64,000 bases of DNA, taken from Mobula hypostoma. Its lineage: Eukaryota. The notes beneath the pieces are model-generated. The model had not been told where the DNA came from and ran no database searches. It was given only the letters and a program-made list of their open reading frames with translations. Made by a program: the position numbers and the translations under genes. Below are positions 50,861-64,000 of the stretch, piece by piece. Within the stretch, counting starts at the first letter, position 1, and each line of letters starts with the position of its first letter. The stretch spans positions 247,506,001 through 247,570,000 of the forward strand of contig NC_086097.1 of assembly GCF_963921235.1 (NCBI RefSeq). The letters are read 5' to 3'.

Positions 50861-52320
50861 CACGCGGTGACCACTTTATTAGGTACACCTGTACACCTGC
50901 TCGTTAATGCAAATATCTAATCAGCCAATCATGCGGCAGCATCTCAATGCATAAAAGCATGGAGACATGGTCAAGAGGCTCAGCTGTTGTTCAGGCCAAA
51001 CGTCACACTGGGAGAAAGAAATGGGATCTAAGTGACAACTGTGAAATGATTGGTGGTGCCAAAGGGGATTGTTGGCCGGAAGAAACTACAGTCTGATCAA
51101 GGACAGGGGAAGCAGACAAGCCAGTTGTCTTTGTTTCCCCCATTTTGTGGACTCTGAACTGACTTTTGCTCTTGGTTAATCTAATCAGAGCAACTGTATG
51201 TGGACACAGGAAGCTTCAGGTAATGATCTGCTAAACCTGAGACCATTCTCAAACAAGTAGCCATTTGTTACGTAAAGGGCATGGACTATGAACTGATTCT
51301 TGACTCTGGGACAATCTAATCAGAGCAATAAACCTAAGACCATTCTCAGAGGAGTAGCTACTTGTTGTGTAAAATGCCAGACCTGCAATCTGTAATCTTG
51401 TTAGACTCTGTCTGGGTTGTCTCATTTAACTGGTTTGGACCAGTCAGAGTGTAAAGGCACAAATACACAAGGCTGGGGTGAGCAGAGCCATGGAACAATG
51501 TTGGTGTAGCTCTGTACAATGACCAGTAAGAAGGTGACCCAGGTAGGTCAGGTGACCCTGAGCCAATGGGATGGAGATCCAATGGTTCAATTGATGAGGA
51601 ACAGTATAAAACTCAGGAACTCCAAATATGCAGGGGCGATAACTCTCCAGCAGCCAGAGACCAACCATCGTGGATAAGGAGAACCCCAAGGAGATGTGGA
51701 AATCGGGATCATGAGGAATGCCTAGCTAGAGTAGACTCCTTTCTTGGGTATTATCCCTTTCTCTTCATTGACTGTTCATGGAGTGTCAGGGCAGAGGTTC
51801 TCGTAGGGAGCACACAGGTAGATAAGAGTGTGAATCCACGTGCTTCTTAGTAGAAATAATAGAAATTACTTGTCGGTAAATACAGATTCTCTGTGCCTCA
51901 CTGATCATTATTACAAGGGGTGATTCTTGTAACAGGTTGGTCTGAGTATCTCAGAAACTGCTGATCTCCTGGGATTTTCACAGACAGCACTCTCTAGAGT
52001 TTACAGAGAATGGCGTGAAAAGTGAAAAAAAAACATCCAGGGAGCAGTTCTGTGAGTGCAAATGTCTTGTTAATGAGAGAGGTCAGAGGAGAATGGCCAG
52101 ACTGGTTCAAAATCTAATCAGCCAATCATCAGGCAGCAACTCAATGCATAAAAGCATGCAGATATGGTCAAGGCAGGAAGGGGACAGTAACTTAAATAAC
52201 CACGATTTACAGTAGTGGTGTGCAGAAGAATATCTCTGAACTACACGTTGAACCTTGAGATGGTGGGCTACAGCAGCAGAAGAGAACATACACTCAGTGG
52301 CCACTTTATTAGGTATAGGA
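50861..52320 (+). mobile_element. Deleted Tc1 copy split by a solo LTR
   Basis: TIR-like CACGCGGTGACCACTTTATTAGGTACA after TA; MIGGAK|..GLSISETADLLGF..CLVNERGQRRMARLVQ. Confidence 0.85.
51070..51934 (+). mobile_element. Solo LTR, 865 bp
   Basis: TGTT..AACA ends, 4-bp flanks GGAT/GGTT, TATAAAA near 51605, cleanly interrupts the Tc1 sequence. Confidence 0.75.
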
Positions 52321-52579
52321 GATGATCATTTATTATTCCATAGCTTAGTGTAGGTAGGGTTGCCTTACCTTTGGTCAATCCCTTGTGTACAGGAAGTTCA
52401 AGGGCTATAAAATCTGATAACACCTAATTCTTCCATACTAAATCATTTTTTTTTTGAGGTTGAACCTATTGATACTTGAACATTCAGAAGTGCATTAAGG
52501 CATCATTGCGCAGTTAGGTTGACTAAGCATGGTATCATCTCATGAAATGACCTCATGAAAAATTAATTGAGTAATGCTA

Positions 52580-53111
52580 CAGTACTGTGCAAAAGTCTTA
52601 GGCACATATAGTATATATAGCTAGGGTGCCTAAGACTTTTGTAGAGTACTGTATTTGTAAATGTGGAGTGGAGAGCGAGTTTGTAAATCTGGTGGGAGAA
52701 AAGGATGTTGGGAATGGTGAGGGTGGAGTGCCGCGGGAGGGATGTGGGACAGGTAGCAGTGAAAGAGTGCAGGGGCAGTGAGTGGTAGTGTGGGTGCAGA
52801 CACACTCAGCCCTGAGACACCAGGCAAGGTCATTTGATTCCAAACAATTGGTTTATTGATCATTACAGAATCTCTCTCTGGTGCTTCCTGCTCCCTCCCC
52901 TCTCCCTTCCCATTTTCCCAACCATGATTCCCTCTCCCTACCCCCTTCTCACTCTCAGTCCACAATAGAGACCCATATCAGAATCAGGTCTATCATCAGT
53001 CACATATGACACGATTTTTTTTCTTGCTACTGCACAACAGTGCAATACATAAAATTACTACAGTACTGTGTAAAAGTCTTCGGCCCCCTAGCTATATACT
53101 GCGCAGTCCTG
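52580..53111 (+). mobile_element. Tc1-type non-autonomous element with mini-palindrome ends
   Basis: 72-bp palindrome 52580-52651 flanked by TA; second, decayed palindrome at 53061-53111. Confidence 0.75.
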
Positions 53112-53757
53112 TATGTCCAACATTCCATTTCGGTATTGCCAAATTAAATTACAACACTCTTCAACTTGTTAATTCAATGTTCAAGTTCAAGTTTAAGTCT
53201 ATTTTCATTCAACCATACACATGCTGTGCTGCAGTAACTTGTAATAATATCGTTAGTATTGTCCATTCCAGAGCAGCTCACTTGCCTTCTTCCCCTCTGT
53301 CCCCTCTGGACACTCAGCTCTCACCTGTGGCTCCAAGTAGCTGTATATATGTGACCGCAGCCACACCCCGGTACACCGCTTTGACAGGCGGGCTAAACCA
53401 GGTGAGGGTAGCCGGCGCGCCTTGTACTCCGGTGAGAGAGGGACATAACCTGTCCTAGCAGCTCTGACGGACTGGGCGAATGAGATCTACAGTGAGATCC
53501 AATGGTTTGGAAGATGGTACTGCAAAGCTCCCTGGAGAGCAAAGGGACAGAAGATGTCATGGTCATCCACTGCAACCAAGGAAGACCCCAACTGTGACGA
53601 CTACTCGTACCACTGGACTCGGACTTCTGGGGTCAAGAGAGTGGAACTGCCCCAGTGCAAAGGCTTTTCAACTTTGTTAACTCCCCTGCACAGGTCTCCC
53701 GTCGTCGGACACAATGGACAACCACCACTATCATTAGTGGATGACTATAAATGGCAG

Positions 53758-54115
53758 AATACACACACAAAATGCTGGAGGAACTCAGCAAGCCAGGCAG
53801 CATCTATGGAAAAAGGTCCAGTCGACGTTTTGGGCTGAGACCCTTCGGTAGGACTGGAGAAAAACAGCTGAGCAGTAGATTTTAAAGGTGAGGGGAGGGA
53901 AGAGAGAAACACCAGGTGATAGGTGAAACCGGGAGGGGGAGGGATGACATAAAGAGCTGGGAAGCTGATTGGTGAAAGAGTCACAGGGCTGGAGAAGGGG
54001 GAGTCTGATAGAAGAGGACAGAAGGCCATGGGCGAAAGAAAAAGGTGAAGCAGCCCCAGAGGAAGGTGATGGGCAGACAAGGAGATGAGGTGAGAGAGAG
54101 GGAAGGGGGTGAATG
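53758..54115 (-). mobile_element. Penelope-like 3' fragment
   Basis: Common terminal block, decayed hammerhead, purine-rich plus strand. Confidence 0.75.
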
Positions 54116-56574
54116 GCAGAATGTTTATTCTGTTGCAAATGTCAAGAGAAATTGTAACATGAAGGAGTATATGAAAGTCTGCTTGAAAGTTGATTCTCCT
54201 TAATGTTAAATACTACCACCCTTCTTCTCTCCCCAAAAATGCAAACACATTATTTGAGAAATCTGACCATCACCATCCAGAACTGGCCCTCTTCTCATTA
54301 CTACCATCGGAGAGAAGGTACAGGAGCCTGAAATTCCACACTCAATGATTCAGAAATGCCCTCAGAACTCCGAACGGTCCATGAACCCAGGAACACTATC
54401 CTGTTGTTCCTTTTTTTTTGGCACTAATTTATTTTCTGATGTGTTCTTAGTCTTGATGAGAAGGTACAGGATCTGTTTTGGCGCACTATATCAGCAGAAA
54501 GGGCGGTGTCTGATTGCTGCTCTCTTCTTCAGCAAACCTTCTATACAAGTTTCACCACGGGGGGGGGGGTGGTGCGGGGGTGTTTAATTTTGTCCTAGAC
54601 TGTGAACACAGCATTAAAGGTTAAAGATTATATCGAAACATCAAAGCATACAGTGAAATGCGTTGTTTGCGTCAACGACCATCACAGCCCAAGGTTGCGC
54701 TGGGGGGCAGCCCGCGAGTGTTGCCATGCTTCTGGCGCCAACACAGCATGCCCACAACTTAATAACCCGTTCATCTTTGGGATTTAGGAGGGAACCGGAA
54801 AACCCAGAGGAAACCCACGCGGTCATGGGGAGAACGTACAACCTCCTTTCAGACAGTGGCGGGAATTGAACCCGCGTCACTGGCGCTGGAACAGCGTTAT
54901 GCTAACGTCCCGCTCCATTGTGGCTCCTGGTTGTCATGATCTTTCCAAACTGTCAGCTGGAAATATTTGTCACAGTGGTCATTCTTTGACACAGGAAGTA
55001 TTTGTCAGTCACATAAAGGCCAAAAGGTGATGTAGTAAGTTTCCAAGAATTTTCAGCTGAATTAGCATTCCTGGTCCAAGATTCGAATTTAATAACATAT
55101 ATCTCTGAGACATAGGAACAGAATTTGGCCATTCGTAAGTCTGCTCCACTATTCCATCATGACTGATATATTATCTCTCTCAACCCCATTCTCCTGCATT
55201 CTCTCCACAGCCTTTTGATGCCCTGACTAATCAGTAAATTACCAACATCCGTTCTAAATATACCCAATGACGTTACCTACACTGCCATTGTTGGCTGATT
55301 CACCACCTTCTGGTTAAAGAAATTCCTCGTCATCTTTGTTCTAAAGAGATGTCTCTGTATTCTGAGGCTGTGCCCTCTGGTGCTAGACTCCACTTTATCT
55401 GGGCCTTTCAGTATTTGATCCACTCCCCATGAAGTATGAGAGCGAAGTGTGTGCAAACCCGTTCCTTGCAAACCATGTACTATATTGTTTGCCCTGAGAA
55501 TCAAACATAGAGCAAGAACTGAAGAGATGATCAACATTATTCCAAAAGCTAAACAGGGTTAATGGGCTCTGCCTACAACAATCATGCCAAAATCAGCTGG
55601 TGGAGCGGGTCACTATCAGAATCAGACACAAACAGAATCAATGTTTGATTCTTAGGGCAAACAATATATATTGTGAAAGTTGTTGATTTCAGCAGTAGGG
55701 CAGTGCAAGGCATAAAAATTAGCATAAATTGCAAAAATAAATTGTGCAAGAGAAGAATAGTGGGTAGTGTTCATGCAGTGTGCAGAATTCCAATGGCTGA
55801 GGAGAAGAACAATGAGTGTGGATCTTTAGGCTCTTATACCTCATCCTGTGCTGATTATTAAGTAATTGTTAAGATTAACTTTACTCATCACATGTACATC
55901 AATATATACAGTAAAATGCATTGTTTGCGTCAGCGACCAACACAGTCCAAGGATGTGTAGGGAGGGGACAGCCTGCGAGTATCACCATACTTCCAGTATC
56001 AATATAGCATGCCCACAACTCACTGACCCTAACCCGTATGTCATTGGAATGTGGGAACATAAGAACACAAGAAATAGGAGCAGGAGTAGGCCATCTGGCC
56101 CGTCGAACCTGCCCCGCCATTCAATAAGATCATGGCTGATCTGGCCATGAACTTATCTCCACCTACCTGCCTTTTCTCCATAACCCTTAATTCCCATAAT
56201 ACGCGAAACTCTATCCTTCCTTGTCTTAAATATAGTAACTGAAGTAGCCTCCACTGCTTCATTGGGCAGAGAATTCCACAGAAAAAGGAAGAAATACGAG
56301 TACCTGAAGGAAACTAGAGTAGTCAGAGAAGAACGTACAGTGGTGGGAATTAAACCCTGATCACTAGCACTGTAAGGTGCTGTGCTATCTGCTATGTTAA
56401 TGTGCCACCAATTCAATTTCTTAAATTTAACACATCTTGTACTTTGGCAAGCCCATTAGATTTATTCACATTATTGTCAGGAAGCCAGATTTTTTTCAAA
56501 GTCAGATCTAGCAATCATACATCAGGCTACTGTTTATTGATGTTCAATGAATACCATCACATCTTCAGTATTGC

Positions 56575-57415
56575 TTACCAAGCTTCAAAACCTGGACCTC
56601 TGTGCCTCCCTCTGCAACGGGATGCTCAATTTCCTTATTGGGAGACCACAGTCGGTATGGATCGGTGATATGGTTTCCCCCTTGCTGGCAATCAACACAG
56701 GCACACTTCGAGGATGCGTGCTTCGCCCACTGCTCCAGTCCCTCTACACTCATGACGATGACTATGCGGAGCTCAAACATCACTTATAAATTCACAGCTT
56801 ACACCACTGTCAGATGGCAATGAGGAACCTACGAGTGTGGTATATCAGCTGGTGGCCCCAACAACAACCTTGTCCTCAGCATCAGCAGGACCAGGGGATT
56901 GAATGTAGACTTCAGGAAGACGAAGTTGGGTGAACCCCACTGAAGGGGTCAGTGGGGGAGAGGGTGAGCAGCTTCAAGTTCTTGGACGTGAAGATATCAG
57001 AGATCTGTTCTGGGCCCAACATATTGATGCAATCATGAAGGCACAGCAGCAGCTCTATATCATCAGTAATTGAGGAGATTTGGTATGTCACCAAAGAATT
57101 ATGCAAATTTCTGCAGATGTTTGGAAGAGAACATCCTAACTGGTTGTATCGGAGCCTGAATGGGGGCTCCAGTGCTCAGGATTACAGGAGGCTGCAGAGT
57201 GCTGTAGACCCAACCAGCTCCACCTTCTGTACCATCAAAGAATCTTCAAGAGGCAGTATTTCAAGAAGGAGGCATCCACGACAAAGGTCTCTCACTGTCC
57301 AAGTCATCTCCTCTTCTCATTATGGAGGCACAGGACCCTGAGGGCCCAAACTCAGTGATTCAGTACAGCTTCTTCCCATTACAATCAGATTTCTGAGCAG
57401 TCCCTAAAACGATGA
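56575..57415 (+). mobile_element. Decayed Rex1-like RT
   Basis: LNFLIGRPQSV..NTGT..GCVLRPLL.SLYTHD..FKFLDV. Confidence 0.75.
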
Positions 57416-57416
57416 A

Positions 57417-58325
57417 CAGAAACATAGAAAATAGGTGCAGGAGTAGGCCATTCGGCCCTTCGAGCCTGCACCGCCATTTATTATGATCATGGCTGATCAT
57501 CCAACTCAGAACCCTGCCCCAGCCTTCCCTCCATACCCCCTGATCTCTTTAGCCACAAGGGCCATATCTAACTCCCTCTTAAATATAGCCAATGAACTGG
57601 CCTCAACTGTTTCCTGTGGCAGAGAATTCCACAGATTCACCACTCTCTGTGTGAAGAAGTTTTCCCTAATCTCGGTCCTAAAAGGCTTCCCCTCTATCCT
57701 CAAACTGTGACCCCTCGTTCTGGACTTCCCCAGCATCGGGAACAGTCTTCCTGCATCTAGCCTGTCCAATCCCTTTAGGATTTTATACGTTTCAATAAGA
57801 TCCCCCCTCAATCTTCTAAATTCCAATGAGTATAAGCCTAGTCGATCCAGTCTTTCATCATATGAAAGTCCTGCCATCCCAGGAATCAATCTGGTGAACC
57901 TTCTTTGTACTCCCTCTATGGCAAAAATGTCTTTCCTCAGATTAGGGGACCAAGACTGCACACAATACTCCAGGTGTGGTCTCACCAAGGCCTTATACAA
58001 CTGCAATAGTACCTCCCTGCTCCTGTACTTGAATCCTCTTGCTATGACTGCCAGCATACCATTCGTCTTTTTCACCGCCTGCTGTACCTGCATGCCCACT
58101 TTCAATGACTGGTGTACAATGACACCCAGGTCTTGTTGCACCTCCCCTTTTCCTAATCGGCCACCATTCAGATAATAATCTGTCTTCCTGCTTTTGCCAC
58201 CAAAGTGGATAACTTCACATTTATCCACATTAAATTGCATCTGCCATGAATTTGCCCACTCACCCAACCTATCCAAGTCACCCTGCATCCTCTTAGCATC
58301 CTCCTCACAGCTAACACTGCTGCAA
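57417..58325 (-). mobile_element. CR1 3' portion with an uninterrupted 260-aa RT C-terminus
   Basis: ORF 57506..58288 WQMQFNVDKC..RPHLEYC..FFTQRVVNLWNSLP; TTCTATG-type tail. Confidence 0.93.
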
Positions 58326-59477
58326 GCTGTGATAGCATGGCGCTAACTGCTACACTACTGTGGCGCCATATTACCATGCTGCTAATAACTTGCTGTTCTT
58401 TTTCTCTGCCCCATTTAATTTGTAAGTTATAGCCACTTGATGTCTTTGCACTGTACTGCTGCTGCTGAACAACAAATTTCACACCATAAACACCAGAGAT
58501 TCTGCAGATGCTGGAAACTCAAAGCAACACACCAACAAAATGCTGGAGGAACCCAGCAGCATCCATGGAGAGGTGGCGTTTTGTGCTGAGACCCTTCTTC
58601 AGGACGGTCACATCATGTAAGACAGAGATTCTGATTCATTCACCCCCTCCAAGAGGACCACAATCTGGTCGCTGGGTTTGGAGACTTGCATGATTCAATG
58701 ATCCGGACAGCTAAGCTGGCTGGAGTCAGGACTTATTGCTTTGGCTCTTGGTAGGGTCACCCATGCCAAACAGGTCAAAGGGTAGAGGCCAGACTAAGAG
58801 TGGTCCACTGGTCCTCCAGGTTCAGGGGTTCAGCTCAGGGCCAACAACCCTGACTGGTCAAACAAAACTGTTACAGAAACAGCAATGAAGAATCCTTCTA
58901 CACCTGAGTGTGACGGTATTCCTGAGTCTCCACCTGGGACCTACATGGCTGATAAAAATGGAACTGAGAGGAAGTCCTGAACATGGCCAAGATCAATACT
59001 GAAATTGGTGGCCAAGGACAGACAGAGCAGGAGGACCTTCATTGCTACCCTAACCGCCAGCGGCATATCAGGCAGTAAGAAAGTGATTCAATCATCTGTC
59101 TTCAGCTTGTATTAGGTGAAGACTTCATCAAACTTGACTGTCAATATCCACTTGGATCATTTTTAGAACCACATCATTTTGCTTTTTATCCCTGGATCCT
59201 TTGCAAACTTTGCAAGTAATATAAGCAGGATCACAAACACAAGAGATTCTGCCGATGCTGGAAATCCCGAACAACACACACAAAATGCTGGACCTGAGCA
59301 AGGATGTTGCTCCAAAACTTTGACTGCTTATTTCTTTCCATAGATGTTTACTGACCTGCTGAATTCTTCCAGCATTTTATGAATGTAGTAAGAATTGTGT
59401 GATTGGATTATATTCCTATTGGTATTGGTGATGGCTTCCAACTGAGATACAGTTAAAAGGTTGTCTTTCATACTGTT

Positions 59478-61214
59478 CATAGAAACATAGAAAACCTACA
59501 GCACAGTACAGGCCCTTCAGCCCACAATGCTGTGCCGAACATATACTTACTTTAGAGATTACCTAGGATTACTGTGATGAAAGACCAAGTTATCAGAAGA
59601 TTGATGCTGATGAGAAAGATAAGAGAGACAAAAGGGAGAAGCGTTCAAAATGTTAATGAGAGACGAGTGAGATTAACGAAAAGAGACACAGTTCCAAGTA
59701 TTGACAGACCGGTTGCTCTGAACCTGAACTGTTTGAAGTTTGATGGACAGGCGATACCCCAGCAGGGGGATAAAAGGAACAGGTTCGCTAAGGCAAGACA
59801 GACAGCACGAGATCACGAGATAACAAAACCCTGGAAGTGCGGTGTGCCCCCACACGTTGGTGGGAGTTTGGAGGTCTGGTCGCGGGACCGACCATAGACG
59901 TGCAGGGTGAGAAGGTACGATCGGCGGGAACCTGGTGTGTGTGTCCACCCTTGCCTGGGTGCCGGGGTCACTGTGGAAGAACAATCGTATCCGGAACGGA
60001 GGGGTCACAGTCGGTGACCTCCGGAGACATTAAAAGGGCTCGCCCGAAAGCTAACTGCGGGGAACATCAAAGGTCTGTGAATTGAAATTTGCATTCGCTC
60101 TCTCTCTCTCTCCAACGGCACAACAGCGATTGCTGCGAACTGTACTCAGCTGAACTGAACTCTGCGTCACTTGAGACTGATTATTTTACCCCTAGACTGC
60201 GATAGAGCTTGGTTGATTCCTATTATCCTAGTTCTGTGTACATGTATGTTTTATCATTGCTAACCTGTTGCATTTGTATCCTTACGATTAGAGTACTGTG
60301 TTACTTATTTCTTTAATAAAACTTTCTTAGTTCCAGTAATCCAGACTCCAATGAAGTGGTCCATTTCTGCTGGTTTGGCAACCCAGTTACGGGGTACGTA
60401 ACATTACCCATAGCCCTTTATTTTTCTAGGCTCCATGTACCTACCCAGGCGTCTCTTAAAAGACCCTATCGTATCCGCCTCCACCACCGTCGCCGGCAGC
60501 CCATTCCACACACTCACCGCTCTCTGGGCAAATTACTTACCCCTGACATCTCCTCTGTACCTACTTCCACGCACCTTAAAACTGTGCTTTCTTGTGTTAG
60601 CCATTTCAGCCCTGGGAAAAAGCATCTGACTATCAACATGATCAATGCCTCTCATCATCATATACACCTCTATCAGGTCACCTCTCATCCTCCTCCACTC
60701 CAAGTAGAAAAGGCCAAGTTCACTCAACCAATTCTCATAAGGCATGCTCCCCAATCCAGGCAACATCCTTGTAAATCTCCTCTGCACCCTTTCTATGGTT
60801 TCCACGTCCTTCCTGTAGTGAGGTGACCAGAACTGAGCACAGTACTCCAAGTGGGGTCTGACCAGGGTCCTATATAGCTGTAACATTTCCTATCGGCTCT
60901 TGAACTCAATTCCACTATTGATGAAGGCCAATACACCGTACGCCTTCTTAACCACAGAGTCAACCTGCGCAGCAGCTTTGAGTGTCCTATGGACTCCAAC
61001 CCCAAGATCCCCCTGATCCTCCACACTGTCAAGAGCCTTACCATTAATACTATATTCTGCCATCATATTTGACCGACCAAAATGAACCACTTCACACTTA
61101 TCTGGGTTGAACTCCATCTGCCACTTCTCAGCTCAGTTTTGCATCCGATCAGTGTCCCGCTGTAACCTCTGACAGCTCTCCACACTATCCACAACACCCC
61201 CAACCTTTCTGTCA
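59478..61214 (-). mobile_element. CR1 3' portion, with 3' UTR split by an LTR
   Basis: MEFNPDKCEVVHFG, LVRPHLEYCAQFWSPHYRKD. Confidence 0.9.
59573..60403 (+). mobile_element. Solo LTR (Gypsy-like), 831 bp
   Basis: TGTGATG..CGTAACA ends; perfect 4-bp TSD TTAC at 59569-59572 and 60404-60407; AATAAA near 60315. Confidence 0.9.
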
Positions 61215-62089
61215 TACAAATCAAATCATTACACAATGCACTGAGTCATCTGAACCCCCAACGTGGCAGATACATGACAAAGAAGAAAGGATGGGTTAAA
61301 GCAGATAAGTGTGAAACGTTCCTGAAATCTGTCACATATTTGTGTCGCACGATAGGCAAGGATGATCCATAACCAGTGAAAACCGAGAAAATGACAACGC
61401 TGGAAGTGGGTTCTGATCAAAGAGCTTTGACCTGACGTTAACTCCTGCTCCTTTCCCACCCCCTCGCTTCCAGAGTTATCTGTTTCTAATCAACAACAGT
61501 CGACACTTCAACTACAAAAAGTTGACACCTTAAAAATACAATATTTCCAAGAATACCCTATGGCTCTTTTTTGGTAAATTCATACCAAACTTTGCAATGG
61601 TGTTTCATCTGTTGAATGGAGTAGATTTGACAAAATATAAACACACGCACGCACGCACTCAGTTCAAGGAATTTATCCTGCCTTTATTCAGCAAGTCAGG
61701 CAGCATCCATGGAGGGGATAAACAGTTGACAGTTTGGGCTGAGGCCTGACTCGCTGAGTACCTCACACAGCTTTTGTGTCTGTTGCACAAGATTTCCAGC
61801 ATCTGCAGAATCTCTTGTGTTTGAGCTTAGTCACAGCTTACAGAGGGGATGACGGTTGTACACTATAATATATCAAGATGAATGCAACTAGCTGGTGATG
61901 CATCTATCAGTGCAGCGATCTTTCATGTGCTGGTCCAGCCGGGAAAGAGTGTCAGTGAGCAAACTAACAAGCATTGTTCCTGACTTTTCAAAATTCAAAG
62001 TTCAAAATAAAATTTATTATCAAAGTATGCACATGTCACCATAAACTGCCTTGAGATTAATTTTCTTGCAGACATTTACAAGAAAAATA

Positions 62090-64000
62090 AAGATCAAACA
62101 CGTCAACAGCCGCAAGGCAGCGGGGCCAGGTGGCATCCCGGGGCGAGTACTCAAAGTGTGCAGAGCGCGGCTGGCTGGTGTGTTCACACACATTTTTAGT
62201 CTCTCACTCTCCCAGTGTGTCGTGCCCTTCTGCTCCAAAACAACCACCACTTTCCCTGTACCTAAGAAAACCAAGGTAGCATGTCTGAACGACTGGCGTC
62301 CTGTCGCACTCACCTCAATCATAAGCAAATGTTTGAGAGGCTGGTCAAGGACTTCGTCTGCAGCTTGCTACCACCCGCACTGGACCCCCTACGATTCGCC
62401 TACCTATCAACAGTCAATGCCATAGCCACAGCACCACACACCATCCTCACTCGCCTGGTGAAGAGGAATGCTTATGTTAGAAGGCTGTTCTTGGACTCAA
62501 GTTCAGCTTTCAACACCATAATTCCACCCCGCCCCAGGCTGAACAAGCGCTCAGAGATCTCAGCCTGCACCCCACCTGTGCAACTGGATCCTGGACTGGT
62601 TGGCGGATTGCCGGCAGGTGGTAAGGTTGGGGTCCCTCACCTCTGCCCCTCTGACCCTCAACTCCTGAGCCTCCCAGGGCTGTGTCCTCAGCCCCTCCTC
62701 TACTCCCTATACACCCACGACTGTGTTGCCATACACAGCTCGAATCTGCTGATCGAATTTGCAGATAACATAACATTGATTGGCCTTATTTTTTTTTAGA
62801 TTATGAGGACACTCGGTCCTCGTTTATTGTCATTTAGTAATGCATGCATTAAGAAATGACACAATGTTCCTCCAGCATGGTATCACAGAAACACAAGACA
62901 GACCAAGATTAAAAAAACTGACAAAACCCACATAAGTATAACACATAGTTACAACAGTGCAAAGCACTACCATAATTTGATAAAGAACAGACCAAGGGCA
63001 CGGTTAAAAGAAAGTCTCAAAGTCTCGAAAGTCCCATCATCTCACGCAGACGGTAGAAGGAAGAAAACTCTCTTCCTGCCATGAACCTCCAGCGCCGCAA
63101 ACTTGCCGATGTAGCACCCTGGAAGCACCTGACCACAGCTGACTCTTGAGTCCGTCTGAAAACTTCGAGCCTCCACCAGCCCTCTGACACTGAGCACCGT
63201 CTCTGCCGAGCGCTTCGACCCCAGCCCCGGCCGCCAAGCCACAGGCAAAGCCGAGGATTTGGGGCCTTCCCCTCCGGAGATTCTTGATCGCACAGTAGCA
63301 GTGGCAGCGAAGTGGGCATTTCAGAAGTTTCTCCAGATGTTTCTCTGTGCTTCTCACATCTGTCTCCATCAAATCTGGATTGTGCACGGCCTCCTACTTG
63401 ACAAATACAGACATCATGCACCAGAGAGGCCGCGCGTGCTGCATTGCGCCGCCATCTTCTCCTCCCTCATTATTTCCAACAATGATGAGACAGCCTACAG
63501 AGGAGAAGTCATCACCCTGACACAGTGGGACCAAGAAAACAACCTCTTCCTCATTGTCAAAAAATGATGGAGTTGATTGTGGATTACAGGAGGAACGGAG
63601 ACAGGCTAGCCCCTATTGACATCAATTGAACTGTAGTTGAGAGGGTGAGTAGTTTTAAGTTCCTCGGTATACACATCACCGAAGATCTTACCTGGACTGT
63701 ACATACTGGCTGTGTGGTGAAAACAGCACAACAGCGCCTTTTTCATCCCAGACAGCTGAAGAAGTTTGGCATGAGTCCCCAAATCGGCAGGACTTCCTAC
63801 AGGGGCACTATCGAGAGCATCCTGACTGGCTGTATCGCAGCCTGGTATGGGAAGTGTACTTCCCTCAATCGCAGGGCATAGCAGAGTGGTGTGGACAGCC
63901 CAGCACATCTGTGGATGTGAACTGTCCTCTATTCAGGATGTCTACAGCAGCAGGTGTGTAAAAAAGGCCCAGAGGATCATCGGGAACTCTAGCCACCCCA
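62090..64000 (+). mobile_element. Rex1/Babar-like LINE RT region, split by an insertion
   Basis: [65 protein letters not shown]. Confidence 0.9.
62795..63468 (-). mobile_element. Non-autonomous retroelement, relative of 25508-26130
   Basis: Minus strand starts GAGGGAGGAGAAGATGGCGGCG; same 3' block; possible TSD TTATTT. Confidence 0.75.

Noticed and set aside
52369..52404. Possible 36-nt minus-strand micro-exon (TAG|..LELPVHKGLTK G|GTAAGG)
   Set aside because: Weak polypyrimidine tract, no resemblance to recalled POU6F2 sequence, and phase not directly compatible with the 46151 acceptor; needs RNA-seq
61225..61620. Possible Gypsy pol remnant (G.KADKCE.., GKFIPNF..V.H.LN)
   Set aside because: Too degenerate to support without a profile search

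Overview
Vertebrate, repeat-rich, CpG-depleted genomic DNA. The repeat repertoire (HE1/V-type SINEs, CR1, Rex1-like and RTE LINEs, Penelope-like elements) suggests a cartilaginous fish, probably a ray (inference). The only host coding sequence I can support is one 229-nt minus-strand exon of POU6F2 (45923-46151), so most of the window is probably its introns. The rest is nested transposon debris: CR1, Rex1-like and RTE LINEs, Tc1, hAT and pogo DNA transposons, solo LTRs and minisatellites. The most interesting signal is a family of ~170-220 bp Penelope-derived elements. They carry minimal hammerhead-ribozyme motifs, several fold as long palindromes, and three are bounded by 10-11 bp target-site duplications (TSDs). 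One copy (23637-23678, minus strand, sense to POU6F2) has an intact hammerhead core at the apex of a long hairpin. Almost all ORFs in the supplied track are transposon fragments or chance. Family assignments are from recalled motifs, not database searches, and repeat boundaries without TSDs are approximate.
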